DNA of 64,000 nt, taken from the NCBI GenBank assembly GCA_963778655.1, contig CAVZVA010000005.1, positions 640,001 through 704,000 of the forward strand. The letters are read 5' to 3'. Positions 1 to 9,402 of the stretch are shown one piece after another (the stretch's first letter is position 1; every line of letters begins with the position of its first letter). Source of the DNA: an uncultured delta proteobacterium (GTDB taxonomy: Bacteria > Myxococcota_A > Polyangia > Polyangiales > JAFGIB01). A program made the position numbers and the translations under genes. The notes under the pieces were generated by a model. It searched no databases, was not told the DNA's origin, and saw only the letters and a program-made list of their open reading frames with translations.

Positions 1-477
1 GTGGTGCGGGAAGCGGCGCCGACCGAGCACTGCGAGTGGCGCGGCCGTCTGATTCGCGGCGAGGTCCACGACGAGAACTGCGCCGCCTTCGGCGGGGTCG
101 CCGGCAATGCGGGGCTGTTCGGTAGCGCGCGCGGGGTGGCGGTGTTCGGCCGGGCGTGCCTCGACTCGCTGTTGGGCCGCTCCGACTTCTTGAGCCGGGA
201 GCTGATGGAAGGGGCGCTAGCCCCGCACGCCGACGGTGGCACGCTGCGCCTGGGCTGGGATACCAAGAGCCTGAAGGATAGCTCGGCCGGGCGGCGCATG
301 AGCGACCGCGCCTTCGGCCACCTGGGCTTCACCGGGACCTCGCTGTGGTGTGACCCGGAGCGTGATCTCGTGGTCGTGCTGCTCACCAACCGCGTGCACC
401 CGAGCCGCGCCAACGAGCGTATCAAGGGCTTCCGGCCCGGCTTCCACGACGGAATCATCGCCGCCCTGGGCAAGTAG
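1..477 (+). CDS. Beta-lactamase/serine hydrolase family protein (AmpC-like), C-terminal part, truncated at the window edge
   Basis: Motifs GEVHDENC..GGVAGNAGLF and FGHLGFTGTSLWCDPERDLVVVLLTNRVHP are typical of class C beta-lactamase-like serine hydrolases. Confidence 0.88.
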   Translation: MVREAAPTEHCEWRGRLIRGEVHDENCAAFGGVAGNAGLFGSARGVAVFGRACLDSLLGRSDFLSRELMEGALAPHADGGTLRLGWDTKSLKDSSAGRRMSDRAFGHLGFTGTSLWCDPERDLVVVLLTNRVHPSRANERIKGFRPGFHDGIIAALGK

Positions 478-490
478 TCCGCCCCGCGCC

Positions 491-600
491 CTCAGGCGTT
501 GGGAGCGTCATCAACGTGGGCCCGCAGGAATCTGGACCACACTCAAGACTTCCCGTCTTCCAGTTTCCTACGCCTGAGCTCTTCCGCCATCCCGCCTATC
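491..600. repeat. Palindromic REP-like element (CTTCCCGT-type 8-mer arm) between convergent genes
   Basis: CTCAGGCGT (491-499) pairs with ACGCCTGAG (570-578); contains CTTCCCGT-CTTCCAGT units at 549-564. Confidence 0.55.
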
Positions 601-2716
601 CGGCGAGCAGCCGCAGCTTGAGCCGGGAGCTGGTGCGTCGCTCGGCCGCGTTCCCGATTGCGCGAGCGAGCGCGCGCTCCTCGCCGACGATCACAGCCAG
701 GCGCCGGGCGCGCGTGATCGCGGTGTAGACCAGCGCGCGGTTGAGCATCACGTGGTGCATGGCGTGCAGCACCACCACCACTGCCGGAAACTCGCTGCCC
801 TGGACCTTGTGGATGGTGGAGGCGTAGGCCAGCGCCAGCGCGTCCAGGCCGTCGCGGTCATAAGCGACCCTGCGGCCCGAGACGTCCGCTACCAGCGATT
901 CGCGGCCGACCTCGATCACCTCGCCGAGGTCGCCGTTGAACACCTCGCGCTCGTAGTCGTTTCTGAGCTGCATCACCTTGTCGCCCGCGCGCAGGCGACC
1001 GGGTTGCGAACCGGCGGGCGCCGGGTTGTACGCCTTCTGCAGCAGCTCGTTCAGGCGCACGGTGCCGAGCGCGCCCTTGCGCATCGGGCTCAGCACCTGC
1101 ACGTCGTGGCGCGGATCGAGCCCGTAGGCGCTCTGCATGCGCGCCAGCGCCTCCAACACCCGCTGGCACACCAGCTCGGGATCGCTGGCGCGGATCAGAA
1201 ACAGGTCGCCGTCGCCGTGCTCGCCAGCGGCCGTGGGGATCGGCATCCGGCCCTGCTGGATGGCGTGCGCCGCGCGCACGATCGTGCTGCGCTGCGCCTG
1301 GCGGAACACCTGGGTCAACCGCACCACCGGGCAGGCGCCGGCGTCCAGCAGCTCGCGCAGCAGCGGGCCCGGGCCCACGGGCGGCAGCTGGTCGACGTCA
1401 CCCACCAGCACCAGCGTGCAGCCGTCGGGAATCGCGCGCAGCAGGCTGTCGCCGAGCAGCAGGTCGAGCATCGAGGCCTCGTCCACCAGCACGACGTCGG
1501 CTTCCAGCGGGGCGCTCTCGTCGCGATGAAAGCCGCCGGTCGCCGGGTTGTACTCGAGCAGGCGGTGGATGGTCTGCGCGTCGGCGGAGGTGGCTTCGCT
1601 CAGGCGCTTGGCGGCCCGGCCCGTGGGCGCGCACAGCAACACGCGGCGGCTCAGCTTGCGCTGGGCCGCGACCAGCGCGCGCACCGTCGTGGTCTTGCCG
1701 GTACCGGGCCCGCCGGTGAGCACGAACAGCCCTTGATGCAAAGAGGTCTCGACCGCGCGGCGTTGATCGTCGCTCAGGTCGGCCGAGAGCGCCGAGCGCA
1801 GCGCGCGCTCCGCCCCGGCCGGCAGCGCGCGGCTGCCGGAGAGCGCGCGCAGGCGGCGCGCAGCGTTGACCTCGGCGCGGTACAGCGGCGCGGCGTAGAT
1901 CGCCTCGTCCTCGACCACCACCAGGCCGCGAGCCGCAAGCGTCTCGACGGCATCGCGCAGCGCCTCCTGCGGTACGCCGAGGCGCGCGCCTTGCTCGGTG
2001 AGATCGCGCATCACCACCAGCACGTTGCCCTCGTCCGCGGCGCGGCCCACCAGGTGCAGCACCGCGCCGGCGGCGCGCCGCGGATCGTCGGTATGGTAAC
2101 CGAGCGCGCGCCCGATGCGGTCGGCGGTGGCGAAGCCCACGCCCGCGACCTCCTCGGCGACCAGGTACGGGTCGTCGCGCAGCACGCGCACCGTGTCATC
2201 GCCGTATTGCTTGCGGATGCGCTTGGCCAATGCCGGGCCCAGACCCAGGCTCTGCACGTAGGAGAGCGCCTCGGCCTCGGCCGTGCGGCTGCGCACCGCC
2301 TCGGCGATGGCGCCCGCCCGGCGCGGGCCGATCCCGCTGACCTCGCGCAGGCGGCCCGACTGGGTGGCGATCACCTCGAGCGTGTGTTCCCCGAAGCGCT
2401 GCACCAGGCGCTCGGCCAGTGCCGGCCCCACGCCCGGCACCAGACCCGAGCCGAGGTAGCGCTGGATGCCAGCGCGCGTGCGTGGCGTGACCGGCGTGAA
2501 GCTCTCGACCTGGAAGCGCTCGCCGTACTGGGCGTGGGTCTGGAAGCGCCCGCGCACCGAGAGCGTCTCGCCGCGCGCGACCGCGCCCAGCTCCCCCACC
2601 AGCACCACGTCGCTCTGTTGGTCTTCGCGCGTGGCGCGCAGCACGTTGAAGCGCCCATCCTCGCTGCGGAAGATGACCTCGTCGACGGTGACGGACAGGG
2701 CTTGATCGCGGGCCAT
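596..2716 (-). CDS. recD2: ATP-dependent RecD2-like SF1B DNA helicase
   Basis: N-terminal OB/HhH region (GVGPALAERLV, GIGPRRA), Walker A GGPGTGKTT, DEASM, GDVDQLPPVGPG, TIHKVQGSEF, YTAITRAR. Start placed at ATG 2716 (MARDQ). Confidence 0.95.
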   Translation of the reverse strand: MARDQALSVTVDEVIFRSEDGRFNVLRATREDQQSDVVLVGELGAVARGETLSVRGRFQTHAQYGERFQVESFTPVTPRTRAGIQRYLGSGLVPGVGPALAERLVQRFGEHTLEVIATQSGRLREVSGIGPRRAGAIAEAVRSRTAEAEALSYVQSLGLGPALAKRIRKQYGDDTVRVLRDDPYLVAEEVAGVGFATADRIGRALGYHTDDPRRAAGAVLHLVGRAADEGNVLVVMRDLTEQGARLGVPQEALRDAVETLAARGLVVVEDEAIYAAPLYRAEVNAARRLRALSGSRALPAGAERALRSALSADLSDDQRRAVETSLHQGLFVLTGGPGTGKTTTVRALVAAQRKLSRRVLLCAPTGRAAKRLSEATSADAQTIHRLLEYNPATGGFHRDESAPLEADVVLVDEASMLDLLLGDSLLRAIPDGCTLVLVGDVDQLPPVGPGPLLRELLDAGACPVVRLTQVFRQAQRSTIVRAAHAIQQGRMPIPTAAGEHGDGDLFLIRASDPELVCQRVLEALARMQSAYGLDPRHDVQVLSPMRKGALGTVRLNELLQKAYNPAPAGSQPGRLRAGDKVMQLRNDYEREVFNGDLGEVIEVGRESLVADVSGRRVAYDRDGLDALALAYASTIHKVQGSEFPAVVVVLHAMHHVMLNRALVYTAITRARRLAVIVGEERALARAIGNAAERRTSSRLKLRLLAG

Positions 2717-2759
2717 GCGCCGGGCTCGCGGCGAGCATAGAGCGGTTGCCGACCATGCT

Positions 2760-4349
2760 CTAGCGGCCGGGAGTGCAGGTGTCGTCGGCATCGTAGACGA
2801 AGCTTCCCGGTGCGCCGTCGCGCATGTCCGCGCTGGCGCGCACGTTGCACACGCCCGGCCGCGGCCGCGGCGTGGCCGGCGCCGCGCTCACGCGCCGCCC
2901 CTGCGGATCGCGCAGATAGAGCGCCACGCCCGCATTCGCGAGCCCGGAGCCGCCGAGCGCGCGCCCCACCCGTACCAGTGGAGCGCCGGGCGGCGGGGTG
3001 GCGTCACGCGGATCGGCCGGATCGAAGCCGTCGCTTACCAGCAGCAGCCGGGTATGTGCCGGCACCCGCGCCGAGACGGCAATCGGATCGGGGCTGGCAT
3101 CGGCCCGCGTGCTCAGCGTGAAGCCGCGCAGGTCGGTCTCCCGTTCGCCGTAGTTGAGTAGCTCGACCAGCTCTTGCTGCGGCTCGGGGCCCAGCGGGTC
3201 GGCGCGCACCTCGACAATCGAGAGCGTGGCCAGCGGCGTTGTGGTGTGCACCACCAGCGCGCGCTGTGTCAGGTTGCCTGCAGCATCGCGCAGCTCGAGC
3301 CGCAGCGGGACATCGCTGTCGGACGGCAGCGCGCTCAGCCGCAGGCGCGCGGCACCGCCCGGGGCGACCGCGCTCACCGAGCGGATTCCGGCGTGCAGGC
3401 GCGCCAGCACCGCCTCGTCGGCCTGCAACTGCAGCGTCACGCTGGTGTCATCGACCAGCGCGCAGCCGAGCGCGAGTGGCTGCTCGTCGACGGCGCAGGC
3501 GCGGGTCGAGATCGCGGGCGGGCTGCGATCGGGGCCCGCGGCGGTGCGAAAGGTTGCCCGCCACGGTCCCAAAGGCGCGCCGTGCAGATCGCGCGCCTCG
3601 CTGCCCACGACGACCTCATAGACGCTCTGCGGTGCGAGCGCCGCGTCCGGGGTGATGCGCACGCACGCCAGCGCGTCGTGCTCGGGGGCCAGCGTCGCGC
3701 ACTTGTCCGACGCGATCTGCGCGGGCACCGCGAGCCCGTCCGGGCCCTGCAGCCAGGCGCCGTCCTCGGCGCCCTCGACTGCGCCGTCCAGACCGATCAC
3801 GATCGCCGCGAGGTTGGTGCCCACGCCCACGGCGCCGTCCGCTGGCCATGATTCGACGACCCTGGCGCCAGCGTCGGCTCCGGAAGCGGTGGCCAGCGCG
3901 AAGATCGCCGGCACGGCCCCGGCGAGCGAGGCGCCTTGGGCCGAACGCACCCACCCGCCCACCGCCAGCGTGTAGTCGGCGTCCGGCTCGAGCGCGGCCG
4001 CCGGCAGCAGCGCGAGCGCCGCGCCCGCCGGTTGCAGCGTGATCGCGAGCGCGCGATCGAGATAGGCGGCGGAGAGCGGTTTGCGCGCGAGCGCGCTCGC
4101 GAGGTCGTCCGGCTGCGCGCTGCCCTTCAGCAGGAACACGGCGTCGCTCCCGGCGTCGAGCCCGGCCGGGTGGTCCAGGTAGAGCCGCGGCCGCCTGGGC
4201 AGCGCGCTGGTGTCGGCCGGAAGGTCGCGGTAGTCGGCGGCGCGCAGGCGCAGGCTGCCCCCGCCCGCGGCGCGTTGGGGCGGCTCGACCCGAACGCAGC
4301 CGAGCGCGACCAAGACCAACGTGGCAGCTGTGGCAGCCCGGCGCGCCAT
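2760..4349 (-). CDS. Exported lipoprotein with Ig-like (Big_5-like) domains and a C-terminal lamin-tail-like domain
   Basis: Lipobox LVALGC; VVESWPADGAVGV..N resembles a Big_5 domain start; LSIVEVRADP..EPQQELVELLN..G...DLRGFTL is typical of LTD. Confidence 0.65.
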   Translation of the reverse strand: MARRAATAATLVLVALGCVRVEPPQRAAGGGSLRLRAADYRDLPADTSALPRRPRLYLDHPAGLDAGSDAVFLLKGSAQPDDLASALARKPLSAAYLDRALAITLQPAGAALALLPAAALEPDADYTLAVGGWVRSAQGASLAGAVPAIFALATASGADAGARVVESWPADGAVGVGTNLAAIVIGLDGAVEGAEDGAWLQGPDGLAVPAQIASDKCATLAPEHDALACVRITPDAALAPQSVYEVVVGSEARDLHGAPLGPWRATFRTAAGPDRSPPAISTRACAVDEQPLALGCALVDDTSVTLQLQADEAVLARLHAGIRSVSAVAPGGAARLRLSALPSDSDVPLRLELRDAAGNLTQRALVVHTTTPLATLSIVEVRADPLGPEPQQELVELLNYGERETDLRGFTLSTRADASPDPIAVSARVPAHTRLLLVSDGFDPADPRDATPPPGAPLVRVGRALGGSGLANAGVALYLRDPQGRRVSAAPATPRPRPGVCNVRASADMRDGAPGSFVYDADDTCTPGR

Positions 4350-4469
4350 GCCCAGCTATCGCGCGTTGCCCGGCTGCGGTTGCGTCCCTGCGTGATGAAA
4401 TCGCGGGCTCGGGCTCGAGCTGGCGAGTTTTGCTATGCTCTACGCCAGAGGCTGGTGAACCCGAGCGCG

Positions 4470-5096
4470 ATGGACGGGATGGCGTACGGACTGGAAGCCC
4501 CGGTGCTGGTTCTCAATCGGAACTACCAGCCGGTACGCGTGACGCGGGCTCGCCGCGCCCTGATGATGCTCTACATCGGGGCGGCCAAGGCGCTCGACGG
4601 GCGCTACGAGGCCTACGATTTTCCCCGCTGGCAGCAGCTCACGGCCGGGGGCGACTACGAGGTGATCGGCACCAGCTCGGGGCCCTTGCGCGTGCCGCGG
4701 CTGATGCTGGTCGCGCGCTACGGGCGCATTCCGAGCACCACCATTCGGCTCTCGCGGCGCAACGTGTACTTGCGCGACGACTACACCTGCCAGTACTGCG
4801 GATCGCGCATGCCGAGCAAAGAGCTCAACCTCGACCACGTGACTCCTCGCTCGCAGGGCGGGCGCGCGACCTGGGAGAACCTGGTGACCTCGTGCAGGCG
4901 CTGCAACTTCTCCAAGGGCGGGGCCACGCCCGAGGCCGCGGGGATGCGCTTGCTGCGCCCGCCGAGCCGTCCCAGCTGGTCCACGGCCGCCGCACTGGCC
5001 GCGGCGCCGCGTCACTTCCGCGAGTGGGAGCCGTTTCTCGGCGTGCAGGCGAGCCCGTGGAGCGAAGACGGGCAGGCCCGCGCCCGCCTGGGTTGA
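4470..5096 (+). CDS. HNH endonuclease (McrA-like/HNH_5 family)
   Basis: VLVLNRNYQP N-terminus, SRRNVYLRDDYTCQYCG, LNLDHVTPRSQGG..WENLVTSCRRCN. Confidence 0.92.
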   Translation: MDGMAYGLEAPVLVLNRNYQPVRVTRARRALMMLYIGAAKALDGRYEAYDFPRWQQLTAGGDYEVIGTSSGPLRVPRLMLVARYGRIPSTTIRLSRRNVYLRDDYTCQYCGSRMPSKELNLDHVTPRSQGGRATWENLVTSCRRCNFSKGGATPEAAGMRLLRPPSRPSWSTAAALAAAPRHFREWEPFLGVQASPWSEDGQARARLG

Positions 5097-5174
5097 GCGC
5101 GGCTCGGAGCGCGTGCCAGGCCTGCCGGCGGCCTGGTTTGCGAAGCCAGAGCGGTCTTGGTACAGACTGCGCGC

Positions 5175-6989
5175 GTGGCGGCCGAGGACGAGAACGGCGA
5201 CGACGACGGCGGCGAGCTCGACATCGACGTCGAGCCCGAGGCCGTGGCAGCGCGGGTCGAGCCTGCGCTCGAGCTGTTTCGCGAGCCCGAGCCGGACGAG
5301 GCCGAGGATCCCGGTGACGCCGCGGGGCCTCGGCCGGCGGCCGAGGCAGCTTCCGCTGGCGAGCCGCCGGCCGGCGACGCGGGCGAGCCCGCCGCCGCAG
5401 CCGAGCCGAGCGCGCCGCCGCCGCGCGTGGCCGCGGTCGAGGAGCGCGCGCCGGATGCGCGCCCGCCGCTGCGGGTGTTGGTGGTGGGGGGCGCGCGCGG
5501 TGGCGTAGGCAAGACCGTGCTGGCGGCCAACCTCGGGCTTTACCTGGCCACGATCGGACGCAAGGTGGTGCTGGTCGACGCCGACCCCGCGGGAGCCAAT
5601 CTCCACACCTGTCTGGGCACCACGCCGCCGATCCCGCTGAGCAAGCTGCGGCGCGGCGGGCGCAGCGAGCCACCGCGCTCGGGCGCGCTCTACGCCGAGG
5701 CGTTGCAGGAGTCGTCGTTTCGCGGCTTGCAGTTGTTGCACCTGGGGCTGGACGAGCCGGCCACCAGCGGCCGCAGCGACCGCCTGGCCAAGCTGATGGG
5801 CGGCTTGCGCGAGCTGGACGCCGACTATGCGGTGGTCGATCTGGGCGTGGGGCTGGGGCGCGAGGTGCTCGACAACTACCTCGCCGCCGACTTGTCGCTG
5901 TTCGTGACCGTGCCGGAGCCGACCGCGATTGAAAATACCTATCGCTTCCTGCGCGGCGCGTTCGTGCGCTTCCTGTTGCACCAGAGCCCGAGCGACGAAG
6001 CGCGCAGCGAGCTCGAGCGCAGGATGCGCGCGCTGGGCGGGGCGCCTGCGCCGCTGGACCTGCTGCACGAGCTGGAGCAGGAGGGGCACGTCCTTGCGGA
6101 CGTGGTGCGCGACGCGATGGAGCGCTTCCGCCCTCACGTGGTCATCAACCAGACGCGGCTGCGCGCCGACCTCGAGCTGGGGTTCGCGATGCAGAGCGCT
6201 GCACGCAGGCGGCTGGGGGTGACGCTCGACTACGTCGGCCACATCGATCACGACGACACCGTGTGGACCTGCGTGCGAAATCGGCGCCCGCTGCTGCTCG
6301 AGGTGCCTGGCGCCAAGTCGAGCCGCAAGATCGAGAAGATCGCGCGCCACGTCTTGATGCTCGACACCGGCAAGGCCGCGGCGCCACGGCTGCGCGGCGT
6401 GCCGCGCGGCGGGCATCACGACCTGCTCGAGATCGAGCGCGGCGCTTCGGACGAGGACATCCGCCGCGCCTACAAGCGCGGGCGCGAGGTCTACGCTCAC
6501 GACGCGCTGTGCTGCTACGGCCTGTTCGAGCCGCACGAGATCGAGAAGCTGCGCGCGCGTCTGGACGAGGCCTTCGACGTGCTGGTCGACCCGGCGCGGC
6601 GCAGGCCCTACGAGCTGTCGGTGTTCAGCGACGAGCCCGAGCCCGCGCCGGCCGCGCAGGAGGCCGAGGTCGAGGAAGAGCCGCCGCGGCCGCCGCCGGA
6701 GGTGACGCCCGATACGCAGTTCACCGGCGCGCTGTTGCGCCAGGTGCGCGAGTCGCAGCGCATGACGCTGCACGAGATCAACCAGCGCACCAAGATCTCG
6801 CTGCCGTACCTGCGCGCGATCGAGGAAGACGACTTCGGCCGGCTGCCGGAGTTGGTCTACACCAGCGGCTTTCTCAAGGAGCTCGGGCGCCACCTCAGGC
6901 TCGATCCGCAACAGGTCAGCCGCACCTATGTCGGTCGCTACAAGCGCTACCTCGAGGAGAAGCAACGCGCCTTCGCGCGCAAGTCGTGA
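5175..6989 (+). CDS. MinD/FlhG-like P-loop ATPase fused to a J-like domain and a RodZ-type HTH_25 domain
   Basis: GGARGGVGKT, VLVDADPAGANLH, VTVPEPTAIENTYRF; HDLLEIERGASDEDIRRAYK (J-like); GALLRQVRESQRMTLHEINQRTKI..YL.AIEEDDF (HTH_25). Start uncertain (GTG 5175 or TTG 5157). Confidence 0.8.
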   Translation: MAAEDENGDDDGGELDIDVEPEAVAARVEPALELFREPEPDEAEDPGDAAGPRPAAEAASAGEPPAGDAGEPAAAAEPSAPPPRVAAVEERAPDARPPLRVLVVGGARGGVGKTVLAANLGLYLATIGRKVVLVDADPAGANLHTCLGTTPPIPLSKLRRGGRSEPPRSGALYAEALQESSFRGLQLLHLGLDEPATSGRSDRLAKLMGGLRELDADYAVVDLGVGLGREVLDNYLAADLSLFVTVPEPTAIENTYRFLRGAFVRFLLHQSPSDEARSELERRMRALGGAPAPLDLLHELEQEGHVLADVVRDAMERFRPHVVINQTRLRADLELGFAMQSAARRRLGVTLDYVGHIDHDDTVWTCVRNRRPLLLEVPGAKSSRKIEKIARHVLMLDTGKAAAPRLRGVPRGGHHDLLEIERGASDEDIRRAYKRGREVYAHDALCCYGLFEPHEIEKLRARLDEAFDVLVDPARRRPYELSVFSDEPEPAPAAQEAEVEEEPPRPPPEVTPDTQFTGALLRQVRESQRMTLHEINQRTKISLPYLRAIEEDDFGRLPELVYTSGFLKELGRHLRLDPQQVSRTYVGRYKRYLEEKQRAFARKS

Positions 6990-7106
6990 CTGCGGGCGGC
7001 ACGCGCGGTGCGGGGACGAGACGAGACGGATGGGTCCAGTTGTGAAGCGAGCGCAGCGCGTCCCGAGCATGCCGGTGGTGCTTTGCGTGACGTGCGCGAG
7101 GCCGGC

Positions 7107-7718
7107 ATGAGCACCGCGCTCGAGCCGGTCTCGCTGGTGCTGGCCTCGGGCTCGCCGCGGCGGCGCGACATCCTCTCGCAGCTCGGCGTGCGCTTCTCGG
7201 TGATCGAAAGCGGCGTCGAGGAGCCTCCGGCGGGCGGTGCCGAGCCCGAGGCGTACGCCGGCGAGCTCGCGGCGCGCAAGGCCGAGGCCGTGCGCGAACG
7301 GCTCCACGCGCAAGGCAGCCGCGCCTTCGTGCTGGGCGCGGACACGATCGTGGTGATCGGTGGCGAGGTGCTGGGCAAGCCCGCCGACGACGCCGACGCG
7401 CTGCGCATGCTGCTGGCGCTGCAGGGGCGCAGCCACCAGGTGATCACGGCACTCGCGCTGCGCCGCGCCGGCGGCGCGCTCGCACGCGGGATCGCGGTGC
7501 GCTCGCGGGTGACCTTCCGCGCGCTCGACGAATCGACCGCGCGCCGCTACGTGGCCTCGGGCGAGGGCCGCGACAAGGCCGGCTCGTACGCGGTGCAGGG
7601 TCTGGGCGCAGGCTTGGTGCGCGCGATCGAGGGCTCGTACTCCAACGTTGTCGGGCTGCCCGCGTGCGAGACGCTCGAGCTGTTGAGCGCGGCCGGCGCG
7701 CTCGAGGCCTGGCCGTGA
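7107..7718 (+). CDS. maf: Maf family nucleoside triphosphate pyrophosphatase
   Basis: LVLASGSPRRRDIL, GADTIV, GKP, DKAGSYAVQG, GSYSNVVGLP. Confidence 0.93.
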   Translation: MSTALEPVSLVLASGSPRRRDILSQLGVRFSVIESGVEEPPAGGAEPEAYAGELAARKAEAVRERLHAQGSRAFVLGADTIVVIGGEVLGKPADDADALRMLLALQGRSHQVITALALRRAGGALARGIAVRSRVTFRALDESTARRYVASGEGRDKAGSYAVQGLGAGLVRAIEGSYSNVVGLPACETLELLSAAGALEAWP

Positions 7719-8422
7719 ACGACGTCGTCGCGGGGCTCGCGGCGGTGCGCTCGCGCATCGACGCCGCCTGCAGCAAAGCGGGGCGCGCGCCGGGCTCGGT
7801 GCGCTTGCTGGCGGTTTCCAAGGGCCACGCTGCTACCGCGATGCGCGCGGCCTACGCGGCCGGCCAGCGCGAATTCGGCGAGAGCTACGTGCAGGAGTGG
7901 AAGGCCAAGCGCGCGCTGCTCGCGGATCTGCCGCAGCTGCGGGCGCGCTTCATCGGCCGGCTGCAGCGCAACAAGGTCAAGGAGGTGCTCGCGCTCGGTT
8001 GCGCCGTCGACAGCCTGGATTCGGAGCCGCTCGCGGCCGCGCTCGGCCAGCGCGCCGAGGCGCTCGGCACGCGGCTCGAGGTGATGCTTCAGGTCAACCT
8101 CGACCGCGAACTGCAAAAGGCGGGCGTGCCGCCCGAAGCGGTCGAGCCGCTGTGCGAAGCGGTGCGGGGCATGCCTGCGCTCTCGCTCGTGGGGCTGATG
8201 ACCATCCCCCGCGCCGCCGCCGATCCGGAGCACAGCCGGCCCGCGTTTGCCGCGCTGCGCGGGCTGGGGGCACGGCTCGGCCTGCGCGAGCTGTCGATGG
8301 GTATGAGCGACGACCTGGAGGTGGCGATCGAAGAGGGCGCGACCATAGTGCGCGTCGGCACGGCCATCTTCGGGGTGCGGGAAGCGAAGACAATAGGAAG
8401 GCGGGACGACGGGAAGAAGTAG
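7715..8422 (+). CDS. yggS: YggS family PLP homeostasis protein
   Basis: LLAVSK (PLP lysine), [51 protein letters not shown] overlap with maf. Confidence 0.93.
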   Translation: MNDVVAGLAAVRSRIDAACSKAGRAPGSVRLLAVSKGHAATAMRAAYAAGQREFGESYVQEWKAKRALLADLPQLRARFIGRLQRNKVKEVLALGCAVDSLDSEPLAAALGQRAEALGTRLEVMLQVNLDRELQKAGVPPEAVEPLCEAVRGMPALSLVGLMTIPRAAADPEHSRPAFAALRGLGARLGLRELSMGMSDDLEVAIEEGATIVRVGTAIFGVREAKTIGRRDDGKK

Positions 8423-8458
8423 GCCCGCTTGCCCCGGGTCTTCGCGTCTTGCTGTGAT
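8393..8458. repeat. REP-like palindromic element with 8-bp periodic arms
   Basis: ATAGGAAG-GCGGGACG-ACGGGAAG ... CTTCGCGT-CTTGCTGT; overlaps the 3' end of yggS. Confidence 0.6.
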
Positions 8459-8476
8459 CCGAATCGCCGTTCGCGA

Positions 8477-9319
8477 TCACGCCCGCGGCTTGTCCAGCTT
8501 CGCGAGCGCCTCGCGGCCGAGCTCGCCCGCGCGCTCGGTGGCGCTCTGCACGGCTTCGGCCACGATCGCAGCCAGACCGAGCTGCTGCAGGCGCTCGATG
8601 CCGGCCACGGTGGTGCCGCCCGGGCTCGACACCTTGCGCCGCAACGCTTCGGGTGGCTCGCCACTCTCGCGCAGCAGCTTGCCGGCGCCGTACACGGTCT
8701 GCGCCGCGAGCGCGGCGGCCGTGTCCTGCGGCAGCCCCACGCGCACGCCGGCCGCCGCCAGCGCCTCGCACAACAGGAACACGTACGCGGGGCCCGAGCC
8801 GCTCAGCGCGGTGACCGCGTCGAGCAGCGCTTCGGGCACGCGCGCGACCAGGCCCACGCTGCCGAAGATCGCCTCGGCCACGTCCATGTCGGCGGCCGTG
8901 GCGTGCGCGCCCGCGGCGATCGCGGTGGCGCCGGCCTGTACCAGCGCTGGCGTGTTCGGCATCGCGCGCACCACCCGGACGCCCGCGCCCAGCCGGCCCT
9001 CGATCGCGGCCAGCGGCACTCCGGCGGCGATTGACAGCACCAGCTTGCCGCCGAGCTGCGGCCCGAGCGTGGCGAGCACGTCTGGCAGCACCTGGGGCTT
9101 GGTCGCCAGCACCACCACCTCCGCATCGCGTGCGACCGCCGCGTTGTCGCTCGCGACCTCGATGCGGTGGCTCGCCTGCAACGCGGCCAGCACGTCGGCG
9201 CGCACGTCGCTGGCGGCGAGGTTGCGCGCCGGGCAGGTGCCGGCGGAGATCAGTCCCTGGATCATTGCGCCGGCCATGTTGCCGGCGCCCACGAAGGCGA
9301 TGCGCTGCGTCAACGTCAT
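8477..9319 (-). CDS. proC: Pyrroline-5-carboxylate reductase
   Basis: [43 protein letters not shown]. Confidence 0.95.
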   Translation of the reverse strand: MTLTQRIAFVGAGNMAGAMIQGLISAGTCPARNLAASDVRADVLAALQASHRIEVASDNAAVARDAEVVVLATKPQVLPDVLATLGPQLGGKLVLSIAAGVPLAAIEGRLGAGVRVVRAMPNTPALVQAGATAIAAGAHATAADMDVAEAIFGSVGLVARVPEALLDAVTALSGSGPAYVFLLCEALAAAGVRVGLPQDTAAALAAQTVYGAGKLLRESGEPPEALRRKVSSPGGTTVAGIERLQQLGLAAIVAEAVQSATERAGELGREALAKLDKPRA

Positions 9320-9402
9320 CAGCGGCAGCCTACGTGGCGGGCCGCGTGGCGCGCAAGCCGCGCAGCGACCGCCGGGGCGTGCATCGGCTATGCTTGCCGC
9401 CA

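Noticed and set aside
4470..5096. HNH gene as part of a defence island or mobile intron
   Set aside because: It belongs to the common stand-alone HNH_5 type, has host-like GC, and has no methylase, integrase or intron context
4440..7436. 998-aa minus-strand ORF
   Set aside because: Antisense shadow of the HNH, MinD-fusion and maf genes; no motifs; a typical high-GC artefact
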